DNA of 64,000 nt, taken from positions 1 through 64,000 of IMG/VR virus record IMGVR_UViG_3300009164_003518, one strand, 5' to 3'. Positions 40,201-49,100 of this stretch are shown piece by piece. Numbering within the stretch: position 1 is the first letter of the stretch; every line of letters starts with the position of its first letter. The stretch is from an uncultured virus (IMG/VR IMGVR_UViG_3300009164_003518). Taxonomy: Duplodnaviria; Heunggongvirae; Uroviricota; Caudoviricetes. Under the pieces are notes generated by a model, which did no database searches, was not told where the DNA came from, and worked only from the letters and a program-made list of their open reading frames with translations. Made by a program: the position numbers and the translations under genes.

Positions 40201-43141
40201 TTATTACAACACTATTAGAAACTATGCTGTTTGATGCCGTAGCGCCAAGTTCAACACTGCCTGTTGAACTACGTGCAAATACACGTTTCTCAACTGCTGT
40301 TGCCGCTAACTCAATGAATACCGCATTACCAGTGAATACTATAGTTCTGCTAATTACAGATGTTACACCAAAGGCCAATGCCACTGTGTTATTAACATTG
40401 CTGGCTATCTCAACTGATTGTATATCAACAACAGCAAGGTTGGCAGTGGTTACAACAGCAAATGATCTCTTAACAACTGATGTTGCTTCAATTTCAAGCG
40501 CAACGGTATTCTCTTTAACAAATCTAACCTTGGTAGCATCAATGTCTACTACTGCCAAGTTGGCAGTGCTTACAACATTGACTATCTGCTTGACAGTGGT
40601 TGTGGCAGCAATCTCATTATTGAAAGTGCTGGACAACGTAAACGACTTACTTACTTGAGTTGTTGCCGATAGGTTAACTGCTGCCGTAGCAGTGTTCTCA
40701 CTTCTTATGGTATTGGCAGTTGTGCCGGCAACATTCAGTGCAGTTGTTGTGATACGTTCATAGCCACGTGTTACTACCGATGTGGCAGCAACTTCAATTG
40801 CACCAACAGTGATGCGAGACATTGAACGTCTTTCAAGTGCGGTGGCTGCAATCTCAAGTGCTAATGTATTCTCTCTAACAAATCTAACTTTAGTAGCATC
40901 AATATCTACCACTGCCAAGTTGGCTGTACTTGCAACATTAACTATGCGTTTGAATGTAGTTGTGGCAGCAATCTCATTGTTAACTGTGCTTGATACTACA
41001 TATGGTTTAATTACAATAGCACTGGCTGATACTACCAATGCTGTTGTAGTCGAAACAACGACTTTTCTTTGAACTGCGGTAGTAGCACTGATTGCCAACG
41101 CCGCTGTAGAAGCAACTTTGACTATACGCTTGTTTGTAGAAGTGGCAGCAATTTCCAACGGCAATACTGTGATACGTGATAGCGATCGTCTTTCAACTGA
41201 ACTGGCTGCGATTTCAATAGGTGCTGTTGAACTACGTGCAAATGCTCGTTTTACTACAGAAGTTGCTGCTACTTGCAATGCGGTTGTAGTGACAAATGCT
41301 GTTGTTTTCTTAATTGTGAACGTGGCAGCAATTTCAATTGGTGCTGTTGCACTACGTGCATATACTCGTTTTATTACAGAAGTGGCTGCAATTTCAAGTG
41401 CTAACGTATTTGCTCTTGCAAGTATAACTTTGGTAGCATCAATATCTACTACAGCAAGATTGGCTGCGCTTACAACGTTGACTATCTGTTTAAACTCACT
41501 TGCGGCAGTGATTTCTAACGGGCAAACAGTAGCATTTAAGAAGATTGGACTTGGCAGTATGTCTACTGATTCTGCTGTGATAAACAACTTTGCTTTTGTT
41601 ACAAGGGCAAAGAATGGTTGAGGATATTCTGAGGCTGTGTAATGTAACTCTGTAATGGCCGCAGTTGATATAGGACCAACTGGAATTGGCACACCACGTT
41701 CAGGGTCTGCACTTGGGAACGCATAGTGTACTTCATCACATCTAATGGTCAGTACTGCTGGATCTGTTACATTTAGCCTTACTGCATCACGTTTAACTAC
41801 AACATCTACACTGTCAATAACATACTGTAGTGTTAGGTCAACTGGAACAATAAATCTTCTGCGCTCAACAAATACAGCATCAATGTTTAATGGAGCAGGG
41901 TCTCTGTTCCAATGATTGAACTGATGGCCAATGAACTGCTCTTGGGCAATTGAGTTAACTGATATAGGACCAACAGGAACGCCTGGACTTCGTTGTGCAT
42001 CCGAACCTTGGAACAAGTAATGTAATTCAGTAACTGCTACATTGAGAGTAATTGTATCAACAACATTTAATCTTACTGCTTCACGATAGACTGCTGTGCC
42101 CGTTAATCCAAGTTGTAAAGGTGCCAGTTCACTATTGAATCCTCTTATACTCTCTTGAACAGTTGCATCACCAATAATGAACGGAGCAGGATCTCTATTC
42201 CAATGGACGTTTTGATAGCCAATGAACTGCTCTTGGGCAATTGAGTTAACTGATATAGGACCAAATGGTATACCTGGACTTATTGTTCTGTCTGGGTCAG
42301 CAAAGAAATAGTTTAGTTCATTGACTACCAGATCAAGAGCAATTGTATCGATAACATTTAATCTAATGGCATCTCGTTTATAGGCAAAGAAAGTTACACC
42401 AATTTGTAAAGGTGCTACTTCGTAATTGAATCCTCTTACACGTTTTTCAACCGCAGAGCCGCCTATTTCTAATTCTGCAGGTTCTCTATTCCAACGAACA
42501 TTTTGATATCCAATGAACTGTTCTTGTGCAATAGAGTTAATTGATACGGGACCAAATGGTATACCTGGACTGATTGTTCTATCTGGATCAGCAAAGAAGT
42601 AATGTAATTCAGTAAATTGAACATTGAGAGCAATGGTATCATTGACTCTTAATCTAATGGCTTCACGATAAACAGCAGTGCCAGTTAGATTAATTTGTAA
42701 AGGTGCAACTTCGTAATTGTATCCTTTTACACGTTTTTCAACAGCAGATGCGCCAATAACGAATTCTGCAGGATCTCTATTCCAATGTGTGTTCTGATAT
42801 CCAATGAATTGCTCATCACCGAGAGTGTTAACTGATATTGGTCCGAGAGGAATACCTGGAGCAACTGTTATTTGCTCCGGAGTTAGTTTATTAAACTCGT
42901 AGGCAACGCCGGACTCGCCAGCATACATTACTGCTGGAGAGATATAAACGTGTCTATTGGAAGTTGTAGCAGTAACGTTTACTACAAGAGGCGCGGATTC
43001 TGTAAAGAACTCACGTAGTGCGTAACGGACTGTAACTACGTCCGTGCCGCCTATTTCTAATTCTGCAAAATAAACAGTAAAGGCATCTGGTTCTGTAGCT
43101 AAAGGAGATTCAGCAACTGTGCTTTGTGATATCGCTGACAC
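34271..43141 (-). CDS. Giant 2956 aa repetitive beta-rich protein (probable long fibre)
   Basis: About five N-terminal PGIP.GPISVN..EQFIG..WNR.PA repeats, then dozens of A.LA(V/L)VDI.S.E repeats; last gene of the tail module. Confidence 0.75.
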   Translation of the reverse strand: MSAISQSTVAESPLATEPDAFTVYFAELEIGGTDVVTVRYALREFFTESAPLVVNVTATTSNRHVYISPAVMYAGESGVAYEFNKLTPEQITVAPGIPLGPISVNTLGDEQFIGYQNTHWNRDPAEFVIGASAVEKRVKGYNYEVAPLQINLTGTAVYREAIRLRVNDTIALNVQFTELHYFFADPDRTISPGIPFGPVSINSIAQEQFIGYQNVRWNREPAELEIGGSAVEKRVRGFNYEVAPLQIGVTFFAYKRDAIRLNVIDTIALDLVVNELNYFFADPDRTISPGIPFGPISVNSIAQEQFIGYQNVHWNRDPAPFIIGDATVQESIRGFNSELAPLQLGLTGTAVYREAVRLNVVDTITLNVAVTELHYLFQGSDAQRSPGVPVGPISVNSIAQEQFIGHQFNHWNRDPAPLNIDAVFVERRRFIVPVDLTLQYVIDSVDVVVKRDAVRLNVTDPAVLTIRCDEVHYAFPSADPERGVPIPVGPISTAAITELHYTASEYPQPFFALVTKAKLFITAESVDILPSPIFLNATVCPLEITAASEFKQIVNVVSAANLAVVDIDATKVILARANTLALEIAATSVIKRVYARSATAPIEIAATFTIKKTTAFVTTTALQVAATSVVKRAFARSSTAPIEIAASSVERRSLSRITVLPLEIAATSTNKRIVKVASTAALAISATTAVQRKVVVSTTTALVVSASAIVIKPYVVSSTVNNEIAATTTFKRIVNVASTANLAVVDIDATKVRFVRENTLALEIAATALERRSMSRITVGAIEVAATSVVTRGYERITTTALNVAGTTANTIRSENTATAAVNLSATTQVSKSFTLSSTFNNEIAATTTVKQIVNVVSTANLAVVDIDATKVRFVKENTVALEIEATSVVKRSFAVVTTANLAVVDIQSVEIASNVNNTVALAFGVTSVISRTIVFTGNAVFIELAATAVEKRVFARSSTGSVELGATASNSIVSNSVVITPRPYKIFGVTSNSIVSNNVATIPLEVNRNEVVKYVRVFDDTAVLALVDIQSIEYITELDNTIALELAVTDVVTAVFKSVETTALEIAATTVEKRVFARIATAPLEITATSLIQQRFIVDDDAVLALVDIVSTSSKRNFADVEFFEFEVTDVIKHAYAIVSTAVLAVVDVQSIEYITELDNTIALEMGVTDAVAYVVTSVETTALEITATAVEKRVFARIATAVLALVDIQSIEYSTEIDNTIALEVAVTDVIAHVVTSVETTALEVTASAVEKRSLSRITVGSIELGITSAIQQIFIVDDDAELALVDIVSTSSKHNINDVEFCEFIITDVIKQVSVINSTAVLAVVDIQSIEYITELDNTVALEIGVTDVVKYVTVIDDTIAVEITATAVEKRSLSRITVGSIELGITSAVKQIVVLDDSVTLALVDIVSTSSKHNINDVEFSEFVVTDVIKHVYAINSTAVLAVVDIQSIEYITELDNTIALEMGVTDVVKYVTVIDDTVAIEIAASAVVIKLFVLVSVTDLELNATSTVKQIVVLDETAVLAVVDIQSTEVKRNIDNTVELEIAATTTVKRIRAINSTAVLALVDIVSNEIASNVDNDVAIELAATDVVSKIRVYATEAALAVSDSSVTSSTRGVVNTANLAIVDIQSVEIASNVNNNVALELTATTVVEQRFVFDSTATVVIADSDATSLASVIANTLALEITATAAVKRVVTIADSAVLALVDIVSTSSKRNFDDIEFCEFAATDVVTRIVTINSSAVLALVDIQSIAYSSNVQDSSFLDLAATTAIEQKISYIDTTAVEITATDTVKQRFNYVDSANLAVVDIQSIEYITELDNTVGLELAATTAIEQRFNYADTTAVEIDATTVISLAYVFADSATLAVVDIHSIEYISNIEDSSFLDLTATTVIEQKVSYADTIAVEIAATTVISLAYVFADSAVLALVDIQSIEYTSNVQDSSFIELAATTAIEQRFNYVDNAAVEIESTVVISQLFIYVDSAVLALVDIQSIEYTSNVQDSSFLDLAATEAVEQRFNYVDSTALEIDATTVVSLAYVFADSAVLAVVDIVSNEITSTVQDSSFLDLAATEAVEQRFNYVDSANTEIAATTVISLAYVFADSAVLALVDIQSIEYTSNVQDSSFLDLTATDAIIKVSNIADSADIEITSTFTTSAIYAVDDSAVLALVDIQSIEYITELDNTIALDMGVNEAIEQRFNYVDTTDLEIESTVVISNAYSFSDNAVLAVVDIVSNEITSNVQDSSFLDLAATEAIEQRFNYVDSTALEIDATVVISKSFSIDDTAVLALVDIVSNEITSNVDTVQFFELAATDTIQQIFVVDNTVDVELDADVVVKLVHVYYDTAVLAVVDIVSNEITSNVETIQFFELAATAIEKRIFNYPESADLDLYDKAIKVRLAVPQVPFEYAKIGDTADVVLAGEDRSDGQPGDVAALLKAIEDKVFAPNRGQRLLIDGSPFVYYGTISDIVVEEQPDSSYTITISVSDALNGPTDGPYVTGTGLLLDNTNVTDLGIVQIHNLGAEFGYIADIGATGDNAITSFVVSDADVEVAAEDLIQLIFNYVDTSDSEIDATVLISRAVNVVDSAVLAVVDIVSTEITSDVETVQFVELVAEDIVIQSYNVVNISDNEIAAEVQVSIVYAYDDSANLAVVDIVSTEITSNVETVQFVELVAEDIVIQSFNVVDVSNNEVDADVQVAVVYSYTDTTNLAVVDIVSNEITSNVETVQFVELVAEEAIVQIFNFVDTTALVFDADVQVAVIISVASTSDNELSSVASNTIISNNVNDAVLAVITIFSTSVKYNFNDIPFVTYNIDTAIEQIFNFVEVFSVNQLGAEVATSMTMAVSNVTVSDLMAEASNTIVSNIVQDPTINITADYLTQSSRSDINSSYVDLDLIDNLGVTRMYYPVNHVGDIMGYSFTKGYTLFKQEYSNEPASLKLGGESGEVRVIAGSGSSKQIWIG
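34700..41480 (-). repeat. Degenerate in-frame tandem repeats (about 22 aa subunits, often 66 aa period)
   Basis: Recurrent DNA such as tcaagtgctatggtattatcaagttcagtgatgtactcaat and gctggttatctcattgctgacaat. Confidence 0.85.
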
Positions 43142-43156
43142 AGCAGCCTACCTCCT

Positions 43157-46100
43157 TTATGCTTGTGATTCAGACCATGTAATACGAGCCGAACAGTTAA
43201 ATGGTACTGTAGCGTTAACCTCTGAAGTGTTAATAACTTTAATTGCCAGTGTTAGTACGTCAGGTCCATTTGGAAACACTCCGTCGCCGCCTAAGATACA
43301 ATTACCCATGTCAGTAATCTGGCTTAGATCCACGTTGGTAACATTGTTCAAACGTTTAGTACCAACACCACCAGATTGTCCACCACCTTGTGCTCTAAAA
43401 CTGAATATCTTAGTACCACCAACTACAGTGTCTCCCACTGTGTGGTTAACCAAGTTACTCAATGAAGGTGATGTAACTTTCTGCCAGTTAATATTACTTA
43501 AACTCGGATTTAGAATCAAGTTAATTTCACAATCATGTGTCAACACCATACCAGCCTGCTGTAACTGCAATTGCATACGGTTGATAATATCGCGTTCACC
43601 AATGTTACCAGTAACACCGTTGTCAACTGACGGAGACAATCGAATACTAATCAATGGAATATCACTAAACAATAGACCGGCTGTGTCACCAGCGGCCGGT
43701 GTACCAATGTTAACCACTACACCACTGCCAACAACTGGATAGCCTGTTGGGAACGAGTTCTGCGTTGCATAGTATATGCGCACAAGATAGTTACTGCCTG
43801 AATACTGCGCTTGGTTAACCGTCTGTCCTTTCAGTTGATTGTCAGCCGTGTATAGCGGAGTACCAGTACTAAACTTGGCAGCATCACTTGTGGCAAAACT
43901 TAACTGTACAAACCAATCATAATTACGCTTGGTTTGATTGTAAACATAAATCAACGAACTGGCTTGGTTAGTTGTTGCTGTGGCAGTCTGTCCATTGGTA
44001 AATGTCAATGTATCGCTGGCAGCAGTAAACAAGTAGGCCTTGTCATCGTCAAATCTACCATCCATAATAACTGAAGTACCCCAGTGGAATAGTTTAGGTT
44101 GATATGTTGCTACGCCTGTGTTTTCAACTTCGTAACGTGCAGGAATGTTACCAGAACGCATATAAGCCTCTGTTTCCTTGTTGTTATGAATAAACTCATG
44201 TACATAGATCACGTGACCGTATGTGTCTTTAAATCCAAAGCGGATCTTACCAGCACCGTACCATGAATAGTCCATATAGGCCATCTGAATCTTGGTCTTG
44301 TCAAGCAAGAAATTACTTGGTCCGTTGCCGTCGCAAATGTCAATGTTCCATTGACTTTGTGGTATTTTAAGATCGAAAGTCTTAGTAACAATAACACCAC
44401 TTGCTGATGCACCTTTGTACTTAGGCTGAATGATCATGTTGTCTTTACCAGTAATAGCAATGACCTTGTAAGTCTGTCCTCGTAGTACAACTCTGTCGCC
44501 CGCCGCCACCTGTCCAACGAAGTTGGTGTTAGTGCCAAGAACTATGTTGCTATCCTTGCTGCAGGTAACCGTACCGCTTAACTGATTTGTACTGTTTCTT
44601 CTTACTGCATACAGAACTTGTCCGTCAAAGGCAAAATAAAAACCGTTTTGGAAGTCAAACATACCGCAACGTGTTTCAGCGTTCTGCCATCCGTCAATAG
44701 TGAATTGTATTGTGCCACCTGGGGAAATAGTTGTAGGAATATTGGCCAATGAATACTGGAAGGAGAATGCATCAAACACTTGACAAACAGTTTGGGAACC
44801 ATTGTACTCGCCGGCTGATGAACCACTAACTGTAATTCTTGATCCTGCTGGTATACCATGTGGATATTTGGTAGTAATCAGTGCTGCCTTAGTTACTGAC
44901 AATGCAGTCTTGGCTGCACCAATTGCTGTGGCAGCGGCCTGGATGCCGGCAGTGGCCCAAGCGTAAGTTGGTGCTGTCCGTGTGTAACTGGCAAGTCCTG
45001 CTGTAACACCCAGATTAACCACGTCTGTGGTAAGTTGTACAAGATTCTGTACAATGGTAGCATCACCGGAACTTGCATTATTACCAGTAGTTACCTGCGC
45101 TGTAACGTTACCAGCACTCCGTGTTACTGATGCACCTTGTACAATCTGTCCTACAATAACTTTCAGTCTGTTATAAGCAGCCACTGTGGCAACTTTGTGT
45201 GATGCGGCAATACCTGTAGTAGAACCATCGCCGTTACCCAGCGCATAGTCAAAGAATTTTGCCTGTGTATAGTTGGCAAAGTTTCCGCCATACAATATGT
45301 CAAAGCAAAGAGCACGTACAGCATACTTAATGTCACGTGTACATTTTGCCACGTTGTGGTCTGCACTTGGATAAGTCACAGCAACATAGGCATTGATTTC
45401 ATCTTCAATAAACGTCAAGTTGGCCAGCAATTTATCCTTGGCAGCAATTTGACTGGTAGTTGCTGTGCTGGGATTAGCAAATGTAGGATTGCTGGCCGCA
45501 GTTCTACCATTGGTCAAGCAGGTTGTTATCTCTGTGAAATAAGCATTGATTCTTGAGATAGCAGTGGCATCTGCAGCCACTTGCGTCAATGCTAATATTT
45601 CTGCCTTGGCTCTTAGAATACGAGCAGTAACTACAGGACTCAAAAACTTTGAATTGGTTTCTGCAATACCATTAAACACACCAAAGTATGTTGAACCAGT
45701 GGCTATGTCATATTGAGCACCGTCAACAATGTAGCCAATGTCACGTTCGCACTTGACGTCTGTAATGGCTGCCATTGTTTCCACTGGAATAGGTGGATTA
45801 AAGTTAATGGCCAAACTGATCTGAATACCTTTACCAGACTGGTAACGGAAATACTTACGTGTTTGACGCACAATTTGACTGTTTGGCGCTGTTCCTGCTT
45901 GTATTTCAACACCACCGTCGAATGGTCGGTGATTAGTAGCACCGTCAGGTCTTACGTAGACCTTAGTTGGAATTAAGTGTGTTGTAGTGGCCGCGGTAAA
46001 TGTACAAGGCGTTGTCAATGCCAATGAAGTATCACTGACCACACTGCTGATTGTAAATGGTAACAATGAGCCTGGTGTTGAGTTATTGTTCTTGACATAG

Positions 46101-49100
46101 AAGATATCGCCTGGCTTGTAATAAGTCAGGAACAGACTGTCATCAGATCCTTTAACAACTGCACTACCGTTGGTAACTGCAACAGTACCAATAGATGTGA
46201 TCATACCATTTACTGTACTGCTGGTAAAGATGTGTGTACTTGTTGCCTGCGCACTCCAAGTTATGTCAATACCTGTACCGTTATTATAATTGGCTATACT
46301 GCTGGCCAGTTTAATATAAGTTTCGTCTGCTAAGATTACATAGTATGTACTACCATTAGAGAAACCAGTAAAATCAGCGTTTCCGTTGTTACTGTAAACA
46401 ATTGGAGTACCAGCCGCCAAATAATGGCCGCCTGGAAACTTGAAAAAGTTGTTGGTATCTTGACTGAGTTTGACCAGCGATAGTGATTTCTTACCGGCTT
46501 TGAAAGCAAGGCCAAAGTCAAACGTATTTGAACTGGTTATTGCTGTCGCAGTATACACTCCGTCTAACGCACCAAACTGGTTGGTAACGTCCAACATTGC
46601 TATTGCGGCAGGGTCAGTATTGGTGTCAATTGTGCCGGCCATTGCACCTGCATGATTTGCACACACATAGTATAGTATATCAGGCGCATTAGTAGGAACT
46701 GCAAAAATCACTGTGCCACCTTGAGTACCGTTGTTGGTCACACCTGTAGCATAGGCGTCTGCTGTGCCTGATGTCTTTAGTGTTTTAATATAGAATGGGT
46801 GGCCTGTTGCTGCCACTGTAAATGAATAGGTATAACCTTTCTTCAAATACAGTGTGGGATTAACCGTAGTTCCATGATTGATTACCCAGTTAGTACTTCC
46901 GTTGTTAGTAACCGTAAATGCTGACTGTCCTTGTGGGCCAGAAGTGCCTGTATCAGTAATGTCAATTTCAACGCCGGCTGTGGAATTTAAACTAAATCTG
47001 TTTTCATCAACAACTTTTGCTTTATAATTCTGTCCAGATACCAATGATGGCAATGTCCAACCTGTGGCCAATGTGTCCATAATTTTCTTATCTAAGTTTA
47101 ATAGATACGTTGCATTGACTGTGATTGATGATGGAACACGAATCAAGAAACTCACAGTGATCATGTTGTAGCTAAAGTTGTACAAAAACGCATAGTATGT
47201 ACTGTATGATGAAGTTTGACTATAGTATCCATATGGATCCCATGACTCTTTTCGTATCTTCATCTGTACATAGATAATTTGATCACGGCCGGCCTGTTGC
47301 CAGTATTGTGCAATACGTGTGTATCTCCAATCAGTTAACGTAGCAGTAGTAGTTGTATAGAACGGAGGTGTAGTGTTAATGTTGACCTGATCAATACTAT
47401 AACTGTACGATGAACTGTGGTTCATGTAGAAATACGTTTCAGCATATCTGTTTAAAGGATGCGCATGTAGTACAAGATAGTAGTCAATTTGTTTATCTTT
47501 TACATAGGTAGGCATGATAATGATATGACCTGAACTGGCCACGGATGTACCTCTACCAAAATCTTCTGCCTGCCCAGTATCCCATGGATGTCCTGGTGCA
47601 TAACTTGGGTACCAGTAACCGTACTGATTATCATAAACACGACTGTAAAAACTCCAACCACCTTGGAAGTTGGTAATATCACTGGCAGCACCGTATAAGA
47701 ATGGCTGGCTGTTATTTGGTCCGTCCATGAACAGTTTGGCCGTTGAGCCTTGTGTGCTCAACCATGCGGCAATGCCTGACCCTATGATCTTATAGAATGT
47801 TTCAAAGTTAGTATTGCTACCAGTAAAACTAATTGCGCCCGAGGTAGTTGTTGGCAATACCGCACCGTTGTCTGCGGTAACGGTCAATTGATTATCATCT
47901 ACCAAGCCGTGTTTAGAAACATAGAAAGTGTTTCTTGTCAATCTATTTCTTGAACCAGCAAATGTGTAACTGCCGTTGGCAGCAGAAATTCTAACAGGAG
48001 TAGTGCCAGTTCTAATTCTAAATCTGGAGGCACTTACACGTTCAATGGTATAAGTTCCACCGGCCAATGTACTTGGTGTAAAGGAAGTAGAAAAATCACC
48101 TGCACCGTGTGTATAATAATAAATTGGTAATCCACTTGTGCTTAATGTTATGCTTTGTCCTGTGATAAATCCATGATTGGCGGCATAAAAACTGTCATTT
48201 TCTGGATCGTCGTTCAATGGTACAAAGAACATCTCACCTCTGGAGAAGTACCAACTTGAGTTGAATGTATAGTAGTAGTGGTTGTTATAGTGAAGGATCT
48301 GCGTTTGGTTCCAAATCAACACGTTGTTTGATGCTGGTGACTTAAAGTTGTTGTTAGATGAATAACGTGTCCAATCTTCAACAAAGTTATGACTCTTTGG
48401 ATATGTAGTATGCGGATCAGTACCCATGTTACCACTGTAGGTAGTTGAGTAATAGACACCATAGTTGTAGAATAGGTAGTTATAGGCATTAACGAAGCCG
48501 TTGTTTGTGCCTTTAAAGTAGGGAACAAAATAATCTGGTGCACGGCCCATCAAACCAACATAGCCGCCTGAACCTGAGTAGGCGCTTTTATAGAATGCTT
48601 GAGTCTGTAAGTCCCAACCTGAACCTGAACCATAGGCAGCAGAAGCAAAGGTAAAGTAGGCAGTGTTATCCCAGAATGGAGAGTAACTACTGTAGATTTC
48701 ATAGGCAATCATAAACTCGCCACGACCGCCGTTGTAGGTGCCTGCGTTTGAGAATACTATGGGTATGCCGGAGGTGGAACTTTTCAACTGGAACGTGTTG
48801 GCAGTGGGGTTAGTAACAAAGTAAAATTCTAAGTTGACTAACGGAGTGATTGGGCCATCAACGCCGGCTGGTTTGCTGTACAACAGTACATCGTTTTCTC
48901 TCAGTTGGTGATTAACCCAAGTAATGGTACTGGAAGCCACTGACACTGCACTGGCATTGAATTTTAAATAATAGGCACCTTGAACTGCTCTGGTTTCTGT
49001 CAGTGTTAGATCAGGACTGATTGTGGCACTTTCAGTGTCTGTAAAATCTACATAAGGAAAGCCGTCAGGTGCAGTAGTGCCACCAGTTACAGTGATAGTC

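Noticed and set aside
34914..41621. Many plus-strand ORFs up to 305 aa
   Set aside because: They are antisense shadows of the repetitive minus-strand gene.
34700..42900. DNA repeats as a possible CRISPR array or DGR template/variable repeat pair
   Set aside because: The repeats are in frame within one ORF and vary mostly at synonymous positions. There are no unique spacers, no cas genes and no reverse transcriptase in the window.
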